Shown: positions 21,366-31,737 of the stretch, piece after piece
How positions within the stretch are numbered: position 1 is the first letter of the stretch
How the letters are laid out: each line of letters begins with the position of its first letter
IMG/VR virus record: IMGVR_UViG_3300010883_000003
Location: 52,689-116,688 of that record
Origin: a virus
Reading direction: 5' to 3' (one strand)
Length of the DNA stretch: 64,000 nt
Translations under genes and position numbers: made by a program
Notes under the pieces: generated by a model
Databases searched by the model: none
What the model saw: only the letters and a program-made list of their open reading frames with translations
What the model was told of the DNA's origin: nothing

Positions 21366-22373
21366 ATGATTCACGTTGATTATATATGGGTAGATGGTTT
21401 AGAGGCCCCGCTTATTCGCTCAAAGACCAAGATTGTAAACCCAATTGTTGGCACCGACGGCGAGTTCGAAATATCTGTTCCTGAGTGGAACTTTGATGGC
21501 TCTTCAACAAGTCAAGCAACAACAACTGATTCCGAAAGAGTGATCCAGCCTCAAAGAGTTTATAAGCTATCTGATAAGCACTACATCGCGTTATGTGAGG
21601 TATGTTTACCTGACAAAAACAGGACCCCTCACAGCTCAAACCATCGCGCCGTTCTCAGAAAAAGATTGTCTGATGGAGCGTCTAGCAAGAAGTTGTGGCT
21701 CGGTTTTGAGCAAGAGTTTTTTGTTACGATAGACGGTAAGAATGTTTTGTGGCCAAAAGAAGGACTACCAATCGATGACAGTCGCTATTATTGCTCATCA
21801 GGTTCTCCAATAAAGTTTAGGAGACTGATTAGGGAACACGCGTCCCTTTGTACTTCTATAGGTATAAATATCGTAGGATATAACACAGAGGTAAGTCCTG
21901 GACAATGGGAATATCAGCTGTTTAACGAAGATCCCTTAAAAGCAGCTGATGATATGTGGGTTAGCAGATACCTTCTACAACTATCCGCCGAAACATATGA
22001 TGCTGGTATTGATTGGCATCCTAAACCTCATGACGGATGGAACGGCTCCGGATGCCACACTAATTTTTCCACTGAAAAAATGCGAGATGTAGGCGGCCAA
22101 ACATTATTCGAATCAATAATGTCTAATGCTAAAGAAGCACATTCTTCGCATATGCTACTTTACGGTGATCTTAATGATAGAAGAATGACAGGAATTCATG
22201 AAACGTCTAGTTTCGGAAATTTCACGTCTGGGGTTGGCGACCGCTCGGCATCGATTAGGATACCTACCGGAACGACAGAAAATAACTGGTCAGGTTACGC
22301 TGAAGACCGCCGCCCTGGTTCAAATTGTGATCCGTATCGCGTCGCTTGTTGCGTTTTAGAGTACGCGGAGTAA
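21366..22373 (+). CDS. glnII: Glutamine synthetase type II
   Basis: WNFDGSST, GFEQEF, EVSPGQWEYQ, WNGSGCHTNFS, RMTGIHET, SIRIP, EDRRPGSNCDPY. Confidence 0.9.
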   Translation: MIHVDYIWVDGLEAPLIRSKTKIVNPIVGTDGEFEISVPEWNFDGSSTSQATTTDSERVIQPQRVYKLSDKHYIALCEVCLPDKNRTPHSSNHRAVLRKRLSDGASSKKLWLGFEQEFFVTIDGKNVLWPKEGLPIDDSRYYCSSGSPIKFRRLIREHASLCTSIGINIVGYNTEVSPGQWEYQLFNEDPLKAADDMWVSRYLLQLSAETYDAGIDWHPKPHDGWNGSGCHTNFSTEKMRDVGGQTLFESIMSNAKEAHSSHMLLYGDLNDRRMTGIHETSSFGNFTSGVGDRSASIRIPTGTTENNWSGYAEDRRPGSNCDPYRVACCVLEYAE

Positions 22374-22377
22374 AAAA

Positions 22378-22809
22378 ATGTCTGAGCTTATAGCGACCCA
22401 TATGTGCAAAGAGTCGAATGTGGGTTATCACGGTAACTTATTCGGCGGAACAATGTTAGCTTGGCTTGACGAAGCAGGAGCAGTTTTTACTGCGCAGGTA
22501 TGTGGAACACCTCGAGTGGTCACAAAATGTATTTCTGAAGTTATTTTTAAGAAACCTGTTCGTCCAGGCCAGATCATAAAGATCTATGGCGATGTCGTTA
22601 AGATTGGTACATCATCTATAACAATCAAATTATCTGCTCGTCGACACAGCGTCGTGAACGGATCTCAACGTGCCGTATGTGACGTCGAGATGACGTTTGT
22701 TAGAATAGATGGCGATGGTGAGCCTGTACCAATCCAGAATGTAAAGCAAAAATACGCCGATAGAAGAATAAAGAAAGAAGAAGATGTGCGTAAAGATATG
22801 GAGTATTAA
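22378..22809 (+). CDS. Acyl-CoA thioesterase (hotdog fold, YciA-like)
   Basis: HGNLFGGTMLAWLDEAG, FKKPVRPG, GTSSI. Confidence 0.85.
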   Translation: MSELIATHMCKESNVGYHGNLFGGTMLAWLDEAGAVFTAQVCGTPRVVTKCISEVIFKKPVRPGQIIKIYGDVVKIGTSSITIKLSARRHSVVNGSQRAVCDVEMTFVRIDGDGEPVPIQNVKQKYADRRIKKEEDVRKDMEY

Positions 22810-23505
22810 GTGAAAAAAGTAGAGCTTTATGAAGATGGTATTGGCGCAGTTGAGTATGTTGAGCATATGGGCTCTGATTTAACCATAGTCAATAGCGCCC
22901 GCGTTTCTTTTGGGAAGCATAAAGAAACGTTAGATGAGAAAGACGAAAAGCTTATCAAGTATCTTGTTAATCATAAGCACACTAGCACTTTCGAACATAA
23001 CGTCGTAACTTTTCGCTTTGTAGTTCCGCTCTTTATAAGGAGCCAACATCACAGACATCGTACTTGGAGCTATAACGAGATTAGTAGAAGATACACTGAC
23101 TTTGATTTAAGATTTTACGAACCCAAAGAGTTTAGAACTCAACACAAGAGTAATCGACAAGCTTCCAATCTTTCAGATTTAATAAATCCAGATATGTCTA
23201 TGGGCACTGAAGCAAACTTTTCTGCATCATACATGGTTGAAAGTCACCACAAACAATCGCTACACATCTATAATAGACTCATCGAAGAAGGAGTCTGCAG
23301 AGAGCAAGCTAGGGGAGTTCTTCCACAAAATCTCTATACAGAGTATTACGGTACTTGCAATCTTTCAAATCTTTTAAAATTTATTGAGCTACGTACGCAT
23401 ACAGGAGCTCAGTGGGAAATACAACAGGTAGCGAACGCCTGCATGGACATAGCTGAATCACTCTGGCCGACAGCTGTAGGCACCTATAGAAAATCGAGAA
23501 AATGA
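22810..23505 (+). CDS. thyX: Flavin-dependent thymidylate synthase
   Basis: SARVSF, HTSTFEH, RHRTWSYNEISRRY, REQARGVLP, AQWEI. Confidence 0.95.
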   Translation: MKKVELYEDGIGAVEYVEHMGSDLTIVNSARVSFGKHKETLDEKDEKLIKYLVNHKHTSTFEHNVVTFRFVVPLFIRSQHHRHRTWSYNEISRRYTDFDLRFYEPKEFRTQHKSNRQASNLSDLINPDMSMGTEANFSASYMVESHHKQSLHIYNRLIEEGVCREQARGVLPQNLYTEYYGTCNLSNLLKFIELRTHTGAQWEIQQVANACMDIAESLWPTAVGTYRKSRK

Positions 23506-23541
23506 CACAAGAATAGTTGCGCTTTTATGCATATTTAAAGA

Positions 23542-23805
23542 ATGTTACGTTACGTCATTTCTTGGAGTTACCTTATGTCAAGCCTTGAGAAGCTAAGAGA
23601 GCTAAGAGACCAAATATGCCAAAAAAAGCCAGCAGGCCAGGTCACTAGCGGATGCAAAGAGCGCGTCTTAAGAGAGCTTGCTAGCCTTCATACAGATATG
23701 TGTATAGATGAAAGTGTCTCAATAGAATATACTGAGAAGATTTTTAAAATATTAAGCATCCTAAAAGACTCGAAGTCTAGTGATCTGGAGGTTACAAATG
23801 TCTGA
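23542..23805 (+). CDS. Hypothetical protein
   Basis: ORF preceded by ATATTTA. Confidence 0.55.
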   Translation: MLRYVISWSYLMSSLEKLRELRDQICQKKPAGQVTSGCKERVLRELASLHTDMCIDESVSIEYTEKIFKILSILKDSKSSDLEVTNV

Positions 23806-24118
23806 GAACGGATGGGCCGAATACTCCAGACTGGTATTAAAGGAGTTAGAAACTTTAGCGACTGGAATTGAAGCTTTACGCTCGGAACTACAAGACGTAA
23901 AGCAAGAGCTGGCAAAAATGCAAGTCCGTGAAGACAAAGTCGATGAGCTTAAAACGTGGAAAGAAAAAATTGATGAAGTTGCCTCACCTTCATAAATAAA
24001 AGAATTGGTGGATGAAGTTCAAGAGCTCAAAGCTTTTCGAACTAAAGCAGTTACCGTCTTCACCGTTGTACAGTTCGGTATGGCTTTTTGGGCCTGGGCA
24101 ACGAAATTTATGAATTAA
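23798..24118 (+). pseudogene. Coiled-coil protein with C-terminal hydrophobic anchor, interrupted by an in-frame TAA at 23993-23995
   Basis: GGAGG then ATG at 23798; after ...VASPS* the frame continues IKELVDEVQELKAFRTKAVTVFTVVQFGMAFWAWATKFMN*. Confidence 0.6.
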
Positions 24119-24130
24119 CGATTCATTTTA

Positions 24131-24159
24131 TGTACAATTCATAAAGTATCCTTTATAAT
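24131..24159 (+). promoter_or_regulatory. Sigma70-type promoter
   Basis: TGTACA-17 bp-TATAAT upstream of a GAGGAG RBS. Confidence 0.55.
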
Positions 24160-24193
24160 CAATCAATGATTATCTTTCTTTAGAGGAGAAAAA

Positions 24194-24427
24194 ATGAAAA
24201 ATACAACGTTAACAGACAACGCAATTTCCCACATCGCGCAACTAGTACAGGTTGCTATTCTAACAGGTACTGACATCGTAGATAACCTCCGTGCAGCTCA
24301 GTTTGTAGATAAGAATGGACAAATTGATATCTCACCTGACTATTACGAAAATTTTAACAGTAATATCCAAAAGATGCTATCCGACGCCGAAGAGCTTGCA
24401 GCAACACCGGCTGAAGAAGAGGCATAA
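24194..24427 (+). CDS. Hypothetical protein
   Basis: GAGGAG RBS, 77 aa. Confidence 0.7.
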   Translation: MKNTTLTDNAISHIAQLVQVAILTGTDIVDNLRAAQFVDKNGQIDISPDYYENFNSNIQKMLSDAEELAATPAEEEA

Positions 24428-24429
24428 AA

Positions 24430-24795
24430 ATGAAAGACCGTCTTGGTGAAATCTTTGCATTACGTGAAGAATTCATGCGTAGAATCAATAAGAGCATCCC
24501 TGGCGCGTATCCAGAAGAATGGCCAATTGATCTAACAGTTAAATCGAACCAAAAAGATGTTAGGGAACTCGCTTTTCGCGGGATCGAAGAGCTCTTTGAA
24601 GCGCTTCTTCATCTTAAGAATTGGAAAGATCATCGCACCGGTACAGGTGAGTTTGACAGGGCTGAGTTCCTGGAAGAGATGATCGATGCCTACAAGTACT
24701 TTACAGCGATTTTAGTTCTTACTGGTGTTGATAGCGAAGAGTTTTTTAACGCTTACAAGAAGAAGCATGACGTAATCTGTTCAAGGCTTGAATAA
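24430..24795 (+). CDS. All-alpha NTP pyrophosphatase (dimeric dUTPase / MazG / T4 gp56 dCTPase-like)
   Basis: EELFEAL...KNWK...EEMIDAYKY acidic metal-binding pattern. Confidence 0.75.
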   Translation: MKDRLGEIFALREEFMRRINKSIPGAYPEEWPIDLTVKSNQKDVRELAFRGIEELFEALLHLKNWKDHRTGTGEFDRAEFLEEMIDAYKYFTAILVLTGVDSEEFFNAYKKKHDVICSRLE

Positions 24796-24828
24796 GACAA
24801 CTATATTTTTTCTTCCATACTTAGATTT

Positions 24829-25578
24829 ATGAAGAAAAAGTCTCGCATCGCGACAAGAAAGGTTCGTTTTCTAGAAGCAGAATTACGAATGTTGCAAAAA
24901 TATAGTATGCAAGTAGACGCTCTTTATAGTGAGTATTCTGTAGAATATACTAAAGATATGTCAACCCTGTTAGAGTCTGCCGCGAATATAGCACCGAGAC
25001 CAGAAGATCCTGAGCGCCCAACCGATCAAGACAACCATGATGGGGAGACTATTAACATAGACCCAACTAAATCGTCACAAACTTGGCGTAAGACAGCTGA
25101 TGGCTGGGTTCTTGAAGACTCTGAAGACTTGATTGATGAAGACGAATATCACGAGCCAGACAAGCAAGCTAGAGACGTTCCTCATTGGGCAAAAAAAATA
25201 TACAAAAAAATTGCTTTAGCTTCGCATCCTGACCGAACGTCGAAAGATCTCCAGCACAAAAAACTAAAAGAAATCTTTCTACAGTCTGCAGCAGCAATGG
25301 ATTCCGGCGACTTTTCAAAGCTTCTTGGTCTCGCTTTAGAGATAGACATTGATATAGCTAGTGACAACGACGTAGATATGTTGCCTCTTTTGTCAAGCAG
25401 AGTCTCCGCTTTAAAGCAAGAACTATCTGGGACTGAATCAACTCCCGAGTGGCTCTGGGGAGAAGGATTAGGAACACCTGAAATAAGGTTCCCGCTAGCC
25501 AACCTATTTCTTACCAGTAAAGGCTATAACTTGAAAAGAGACGATATACTGGATATAATCCTCCAAATAGAGGAATAG
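24829..25578 (+). CDS. J-domain-containing protein
   Basis: KKIYKKIALASHPDR (HPD motif). Confidence 0.7.
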   Translation: MKKKSRIATRKVRFLEAELRMLQKYSMQVDALYSEYSVEYTKDMSTLLESAANIAPRPEDPERPTDQDNHDGETINIDPTKSSQTWRKTADGWVLEDSEDLIDEDEYHEPDKQARDVPHWAKKIYKKIALASHPDRTSKDLQHKKLKEIFLQSAAAMDSGDFSKLLGLALEIDIDIASDNDVDMLPLLSSRVSALKQELSGTESTPEWLWGEGLGTPEIRFPLANLFLTSKGYNLKRDDILDIILQIEE

Positions 25579-25581
25579 CAA

Positions 25582-25812
25582 ATGATATTAGGAAATCTAG
25601 TAATGTTTCAAGCCCCAGTCGATGCTTTTGATAATAAGGGTGAACCGTTTTACATCTATCCCGGGAACTCTGCATTAGTACTGGGATATAATGAATATGA
25701 CATCACACTACTGGTTTGTGGAGAGGTTTTGTATACCTCAGTATCTAATGAACGAAACATTAAAAAACTCAGGACAACAAACGTGAATCTTGGGGTTCAC
25801 AAAATTATTTAA
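25582..25812 (+). CDS. Small hypothetical protein
   Basis: GAGGA RBS, 76 aa. Confidence 0.55.
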   Translation: MILGNLVMFQAPVDAFDNKGEPFYIYPGNSALVLGYNEYDITLLVCGEVLYTSVSNERNIKKLRTTNVNLGVHKII

Positions 25813-25839
25813 GATTACACAAAAATCCTTACTAAATCG

Positions 25840-25868
25840 TTGAAAAAAGCTCTTGTTTATGGTATAAT
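25840..25868 (+). promoter_or_regulatory. Sigma70-type promoter of dnaE
   Basis: TTGAAA-17 bp-TATAAT with a TG extension. Confidence 0.8.
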
Positions 25869-25897
25869 AGTATTAATCACAACAGGAGCTTTCTCAT

Positions 25898-28800
25898 ATG
25901 AGCAAATCACTTATCACCCCACCGAATAAGTTCATTTCCCTACATTCGCATGACGGATTCAGCACTTTTGATGGACTTGGATATCCACAAGAGCATATCG
26001 ATTATGTCATTGAGAATGGTATGGACGGCTGGTGTCTCACAAACCACGGTCATATGAACTCGTTTGGTCATGCATTTCTACATGCTGAGAAGATCCAGAA
26101 AAGAGGTGGCTTGTTTAAGTTCGTTCCAGGATGTGAAATGTATGTCCATCCTGATCTTGATGCGTGGAAGCTCGACATGGAGATTAATCAGGCTGCCAAG
26201 AAAGGTGATAAAGAGTCTCTTAGAATTCTTCGTGCCCAACGTGAAGCAATTGCAACTCCCTTAACGGCTATCACCGACGGAGATGATGAGATTGTAGATA
26301 TCGGAAAGTCTGAAGTAGGTCTCACGGTGGAGAATGAGGAAGAGACTAAGTCTGGAAAATTTTATGACCCGATTAAGCGCCGCCACCACTTGGTTGTTCT
26401 TCCAAAAACGTCTATTGGTTTACAGCGGCTATTTCATCTTGTCAGTAGAGGGTACAGAGAGGGCTTCTATCGCTTTCCCCGTATTGACTATAAGATGTTA
26501 AGGGAAGCAGCTGAGGGTGGCCATCTGATGGTATCAACAGCTTGTATCGGTGGCCCAATAGCATACGAGGTGTTTAAGCACGCTCAACAAGTGGAATTTG
26601 ATGAGCTAAAGCATAATCTAATGGATGATGAGTCGTTTCGGTCTAAGGTTATGACTGGTGTAGGTAATGCATATCAAGGTCTCGTAGATGCTGTTGGGAT
26701 TGATGATGTACATCTAGAGATACAATTTAATAAGCTTCCCGCTCAGCACCTTGTGAACCGTGCAATTATTGAATTTGCAAATAGCAACGGTTTAAATGAC
26801 AAGATAGTTGTAACTACCGACTCACATTATGCTCGCCCAGAGCATTGGCGTGAGCGTGAGCTATACAAGAAGTTAGGCTGGTTGAACTATAAAGAATTTG
26901 ACCCCTCCAAGCTGCCACAATCAAGAGAGGATCTTAAGTGCGAGCTGTATCCGAAGAATGCTCACCAGCTTTGGGATACATATCTTGAGACCACTGAGGA
27001 TATGTCATTCTATAATGACGAGGTTGTGAAAGCAGCCATGGAATTGCCACATCAGATTGTCCATGAAAAGATTTCTGCGATTGTTCCTGACCGTACGATG
27101 AAACTACCTTCGTACGTTGTTCCTGAGGGAATGACGGATGATAAGGCCTTGCTTGAAGCATGTAAGAAAGGACTAGTTTATCGTGGTCTTGCCGATGACC
27201 CGAAGTACGTCGAAAGAATAAAGCATGAGCTCAAGATCATCAAGGATAAGAAGTTCTCCAGATACTTCCTAACAATGGAGGCAATCATTAAAATCGCCAA
27301 GAAAGCTATGCTTGTCGGTCCAGGCCGTGGGTCTGCCGCTGGTAGTCTCGTTGCGTATGTCCTCAGGCTTACCGATGTTGACCCGTTCGAGTATGACCTC
27401 ATGTTCGGTCGCTTTCTAAATCCGTCTCGAGAAGGTGCTCCGGATATCGACACCGATGTAGGTGATCGAGACATGCTTATTAATATGATGAAAGACAAGT
27501 GGGGCGATGAGAACATCATTCCAATCTCTAACTACAATACATTCAAACTCAAGTCACTTGTTAAAGATATTTCTCGCTTCTACGGCATCCCATATACCGA
27601 AGTGAATAAGGCATTAGCGTCTGTCGAGGATGACGTAAAGCGCGCGGTCTTTAAGCAGGGGACAGATAAGAACTTGTTCGTACTGTTATACGAGGATGCT
27701 ATGTCACACTCAAAGGTGTTTAGAGAATTTATCGAGTCTCATCCAGAAGTAGCCGCCCCGATTCAGGTTCTGTTTAAGCAGAATAAGGCTCTTGGTCGTC
27801 ACGCTGGAGGTGTAGTTGTCGCGGAAGATATAGCTGAAAGGATGCCGCTGATCAAGGCTCGAGGCGAGTTACAAACACCTTGGGCGGAGGGTATGAACTA
27901 TAAGCATCTTGAGACATTCGGATGGATTAAGTTTGACCTCCTCGGCTTGGAAACACTAAGGGTGATCCAGCGTACTATTGAGTTAATCCTACAAAGAAAA
28001 GAAGGTATTGAAAATCCATCGTTTGAGCAAGTCTATGACTGGTTTAATAACAACATGGATCCAAAAGTACTTGATATGGATGATCAGCATGTATACGAGC
28101 ACGTCTACGCTAAGGGTCGCTGGGCTGGAATCTTTCAGCTTGCTGGTCGAGGTGCACAAAACTTATTCAAGAGAGCCAAGCCAAAGAGCATCATCGATAT
28201 TGCAACGCTAACGTCAATTTATCGTCCGGGCCCACTTACTGCGAAGGTTGATAAGCTCTACATCGATGCGAAGAATAACCCTGATGACATTGATTATGGT
28301 CACCCGTTAATTAAAGAGGTGCTAGAAGAAACATACGGCTTGATTGTATTCCAAGAGCAGATCATGAAGCTATGCTCTGTGGTGGCTGGCTTCCCTGAGG
28401 AGGAAACAGATACGGTTAGACGTAGTATTATGAAGCGTAAAGCTTCCGAAGCAGCAGAGTCGCTAGCTAAGGCTAGGGCAATCAAAGAGAAGTTCGTAGC
28501 TGGCTCTGTAAAGAACGGTGTTGACGCTCAGTTAGCCGATGACCTATATGAAAAGATTCTATTCTTTGCAGGGTATGGGTTTAATAAGTCTCATGCCGTG
28601 TGTTACGCGATTGATTCATATTACTGCGCTTGGTTGTTAACTTACTTCGAGGAAGAGTGGTTATGCGCATATCTTGAAGCAATGTCAGGTAACGATAAGA
28701 AGCGAGCTAAGGCTTTCGCTGAAGTAAAGGCTCTTGATTATAGGGTTGTACCACTTGATATTAATTATGCCACGAAGAACTGGACTATTCTTGAAGGTAA

Positions 28801-29512
28801 GAAGTTCATGCCGTCGCTCTTATCATGTAAGGGTATCGGTGAGTCAGCGGTCGATGAGCTTGTTGCGAATAGACCGTATGAAAGTGTTAATGACTTGTTG
28901 TGGACAGACGAAGGTAAGTGGAGGCATTCAAAATTCAATAAGCGCGCTATGGAAGCATTAATCAACATCAGGGCGTTTGAGTCAATGGATTTAGTTGGTA
29001 AAGATAAGACTTTCGAGAGCTACAAGCACATGCATGAAGTTATTATTAATAAGCAAAATGATATTAAGAAGTGGACCAAGAGAGATCCGCAACGTGGAAA
29101 GAACAACTACAATGAGCTGCTGTTAGAGTCGCAAGGTATCGGACCATGGTCTCGCCGCGAGATGGTTGAAAATAGCGTAAAGCATTTTGGATCGTTTAAC
29201 GCATCGACTCTTGTAAGCGAAGAAATACAAGAAAGACTAGCAGCAAAAGATGTACGTTGTATTGATGAAATTGACGGACATGATGTATACTGGTTCTTGG
29301 TATCTGATGTCAAGGCAAAGCTTACGAAAAACAAAAAGCCATATCTTCTGGTTACAGCAACAGGACTGGGAGGTAAAAACTTTAGAATGTTTTGTTGGGG
29401 ATGGGATGGACAAACTGAACTTCCGCTATACAGCTTATGCTTGGCAGAGATTAAGAAAACAGACTTTGGATTCCAAACTTCTATGAGTAAAGTCAAGCTT
29501 CTTCGTATATGA
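25898..29512 (+). CDS. dnaE: DNA polymerase III alpha subunit (family C)
   Basis: PHP motifs LHSH, TNHGH, GCE, TDSHY; GPGRGSAAGSLVAY; PDIDTD; GRHAGG; KFDLLGL; GYGFNKSHAVCY. Confidence 0.97.
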   Translation: MSKSLITPPNKFISLHSHDGFSTFDGLGYPQEHIDYVIENGMDGWCLTNHGHMNSFGHAFLHAEKIQKRGGLFKFVPGCEMYVHPDLDAWKLDMEINQAAKKGDKESLRILRAQREAIATPLTAITDGDDEIVDIGKSEVGLTVENEEETKSGKFYDPIKRRHHLVVLPKTSIGLQRLFHLVSRGYREGFYRFPRIDYKMLREAAEGGHLMVSTACIGGPIAYEVFKHAQQVEFDELKHNLMDDESFRSKVMTGVGNAYQGLVDAVGIDDVHLEIQFNKLPAQHLVNRAIIEFANSNGLNDKIVVTTDSHYARPEHWRERELYKKLGWLNYKEFDPSKLPQSREDLKCELYPKNAHQLWDTYLETTEDMSFYNDEVVKAAMELPHQIVHEKISAIVPDRTMKLPSYVVPEGMTDDKALLEACKKGLVYRGLADDPKYVERIKHELKIIKDKKFSRYFLTMEAIIKIAKKAMLVGPGRGSAAGSLVAYVLRLTDVDPFEYDLMFGRFLNPSREGAPDIDTDVGDRDMLINMMKDKWGDENIIPISNYNTFKLKSLVKDISRFYGIPYTEVNKALASVEDDVKRAVFKQGTDKNLFVLLYEDAMSHSKVFREFIESHPEVAAPIQVLFKQNKALGRHAGGVVVAEDIAERMPLIKARGELQTPWAEGMNYKHLETFGWIKFDLLGLETLRVIQRTIELILQRKEGIENPSFEQVYDWFNNNMDPKVLDMDDQHVYEHVYAKGRWAGIFQLAGRGAQNLFKRAKPKSIIDIATLTSIYRPGPLTAKVDKLYIDAKNNPDDIDYGHPLIKEVLEETYGLIVFQEQIMKLCSVVAGFPEEETDTVRRSIMKRKASEAAESLAKARAIKEKFVAGSVKNGVDAQLADDLYEKILFFAGYGFNKSHAVCYAIDSYYCAWLLTYFEEEWLCAYLEAMSGNDKKRAKAFAEVKALDYRVVPLDINYATKNWTILEGKKFMPSLLSCKGIGESAVDELVANRPYESVNDLLWTDEGKWRHSKFNKRAMEALINIRAFESMDLVGKDKTFESYKHMHEVIINKQNDIKKWTKRDPQRGKNNYNELLLESQGIGPWSRREMVENSVKHFGSFNASTLVSEEIQERLAAKDVRCIDEIDGHDVYWFLVSDVKAKLTKNKKPYLLVTATGLGGKNFRMFCWGWDGQTELPLYSLCLAEIKKTDFGFQTSMSKVKLLRI

Positions 29513-29565
29513 TTAGCTTGGTACAAAAAGTCTACACTTATTAACAGATGGAGTAAAAAAGTAAC

Positions 29566-30585
29566 ATGCACTTAGGTCGATACAAAAACTTTACAGAATG
29601 CTATTTAGGCCTTCTAGACAAAGTTATGAATGAGCCCCAATACGAGTCCGCACCCAGGGGTCAGAATATCAAGGAGATCTTAGGCGCATCATTTACGATT
29701 GATAACCCTCGAGATCGAATTCCATATGTAGTGGCAAGAAAGTTTGGAATGAGCTATATGGTTGCTGAGCTGGTTTGGTATCTGTCCGGAAACAACAGGA
29801 CTGACTGGATATCTAAGTACTCTGCGTTTTGGAAGAATATTAGTGATGATGGTATCACCGCAAACTCGGCATACGGCGCGCGTCTATTCAAAAGACATTC
29901 TTCAATTGCTCAAGGAAGATTCACACAGCTAGAATATGTGGTTAATGAATTAAAGAGTGATCCAGATTCTCGGCGTGCCATAATGCATCTTAGAGTACCT
30001 GACGATTCTATTGACGCAAAGCTTGATGTCCCATGTACACTGGCGCTACAATACTTCATAAGAGACGGTGAGCTACATCAGGTAGTTAATATGAGAAGCT
30101 CTGATTTAGTTTTCGGAATTGCATATGACGTTCCTGCATTCACAGTATTCCAGGAAATGATCGCGAATGAGTTAAATGTAGGGCTAGGAAGTTACACACA
30201 TGTTAGCAATTCCTTACACATTTATGAGACTCATTTTGATATGGTCAATAAAATACTGGAGCCTGATAATATCGACAAGTCGATAAATTTACATCAGACA
30301 CACGGCCCGATGCCATCACTTCCTGGATCTATCGATCAAACGGCTACTGACGTAGATAGAGTCTTTGCGTTTGAGGGAGATCTACAGACTGATGAGTCAT
30401 TTGAAGCTGTATTAAATACTTTGCAGCGCTGGTACCATGATTATGGCTCTTCATACTTTTACGATTGGGCAAAGGTCTTAGCTTCCTCAAGACTAAGAAA
30501 GCTTGGACTAAAAGCAGACGCGAATAAAACACTTACAACAACAAAATTCACGGGATACTCGTTTAACGCTAAGAGGAAAAATTGA
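29566..30585 (+). CDS. Thymidylate-synthase-family dCMP-modifying enzyme (hydroxymethylase-like)
   Basis: AELVWYLSG, NSAYG, DSRRA, catalytic PCT, MRSSDLVFGIAYD (Asp at the dUMP/dCMP specificity position), SLHIY. Confidence 0.85.
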   Translation: MHLGRYKNFTECYLGLLDKVMNEPQYESAPRGQNIKEILGASFTIDNPRDRIPYVVARKFGMSYMVAELVWYLSGNNRTDWISKYSAFWKNISDDGITANSAYGARLFKRHSSIAQGRFTQLEYVVNELKSDPDSRRAIMHLRVPDDSIDAKLDVPCTLALQYFIRDGELHQVVNMRSSDLVFGIAYDVPAFTVFQEMIANELNVGLGSYTHVSNSLHIYETHFDMVNKILEPDNIDKSINLHQTHGPMPSLPGSIDQTATDVDRVFAFEGDLQTDESFEAVLNTLQRWYHDYGSSYFYDWAKVLASSRLRKLGLKADANKTLTTTKFTGYSFNAKRKN

Positions 30586-31727
30586 TGCAGCAAGAATATG
30601 ACTATTTAATCGTTGGCGCCGGCTTATTTGGCGCTACATTTGCAAGAGAAATGACAGATGCTGGATATAAATGTCTTGTTATAGACAAACGCGAACACAT
30701 TGGTGGAAATGTATATTCAGAAAAGCGTAATGGTATCGATGTTCATGTCTATGGCGCCCACATCTTTCATACGAATAATGACGGGATCTGGAACTACGTA
30801 AATCGATTTGCAACTTTTAATAACTACATTAATAAACCAAAGGTGAGATTTGGGGACAAGATTTTTTCGTTTCCGATTAACTTAATGACACTTCACCAGC
30901 TGTGGGGTGTTACTTCGCCCGCAGAAGCAGAGGCAAAGCTTAAGGAAGTCCGTATTCCTTGTGAAAATCCAGACAATCTTGAAGACTGGATTCTGTCACA
31001 GGTCGGTAGGGAAGTTTATGAAACTTTCATTAAGGGTTATACGATGAAGCAATGGCAGCGTGATCCTAAGGAGCTGCCTGCATCTATTATTAAGCGATTA
31101 CCCATTAGAATGGTGTTTGAAGAGAACTACTTTTTTGATAAGTACCAAGGTATTCCTGTAGAAGGCTATACAGCGATGGTTGATAACATGCTTGACGGTA
31201 TTACGGTAAAAACGGGAATAGATTACTTTGCTGATAAAGAACACTGGAATGGTCTTGCAAACAAGATTATATTTTCTGGAAAGATTGACGAGTATTTTGA
31301 CTTTCGCTTTGGTGAACTCGAGTATAGAACACTACGTTTTGAACACGAAGAACTAGAAGGTGATTTTCAGGGCAACGCTGTTATAAACTATACACATCCT
31401 GACACACCGTTTACTCGTATTCTGGAGCATAAGCATTTCCAGCCTCAAACAGCCGGTAAGATTAATAACACTATAATCACCAGAGAATATTCTGATGAGT
31501 ATAAGAGGGGTAAGACGCCCTATTATCCGATTAATGACGACAAGAATACCAAGATGTACAAAAAGTATGAGCACCTTGCTAAGAATGAAGGTGGCGTAAT
31601 TTTTGGTGGTCGATTATCTGAATACAAGTATTATGATATGCGTCAAGTTATTGGATCTGCGCTCGTAAAAGCTAAAAGAGAGCTTGAAAACCAGGCAGAA
31701 ATAGGTTATAATAGTCTTACTGATTAA
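30582..31727 (+). CDS. glf: UDP-galactopyranose mutase
   Basis: IVGAGLFG, HIGGNVY, YGAHIFHT, GYTMKQW, YQGIP, LEYRTLRF, TRILEHKHF, PYYPIND, GRLSEYKYYDM. Confidence 0.93.
   Translation: MMQQEYDYLIVGAGLFGATFAREMTDAGYKCLVIDKREHIGGNVYSEKRNGIDVHVYGAHIFHTNNDGIWNYVNRFATFNNYINKPKVRFGDKIFSFPINLMTLHQLWGVTSPAEAEAKLKEVRIPCENPDNLEDWILSQVGREVYETFIKGYTMKQWQRDPKELPASIIKRLPIRMVFEENYFFDKYQGIPVEGYTAMVDNMLDGITVKTGIDYFADKEHWNGLANKIIFSGKIDEYFDFRFGELEYRTLRFEHEELEGDFQGNAVINYTHPDTPFTRILEHKHFQPQTAGKINNTIITREYSDEYKRGKTPYYPINDDKNTKMYKKYEHLAKNEGGVIFGGRLSEYKYYDMRQVIGSALVKAKRELENQAEIGYNSLTD
31684..31712 (+). promoter_or_regulatory. Internal sigma70-type promoter for the glycosyltransferase
   Basis: TTGAAA-17 bp-TATAAT inside the 3' end of glf. 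Confidence 0.7.
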
Positions 31728-31737
31728 GGAGAGCAAT

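Noticed and set aside
23993-23995. Stop-codon reassignment (alternative genetic code)
   Set aside because: TAA, TAG and TGA all end conserved genes at the expected positions; only one in-frame stop was seen
26150-26380. Possible intein in DnaE
   Set aside because: The roughly 70 aa insertion in the PHP domain lacks intein N-terminal C/S and C-terminal HN motifs and LAGLIDADG blocks
29566-30585. Ordinary thymidylate synthase ThyA
   Set aside because: Asp at the specificity position, a ThyX already present, and glycosyltransferase/kinase neighbours argue for dCMP modification
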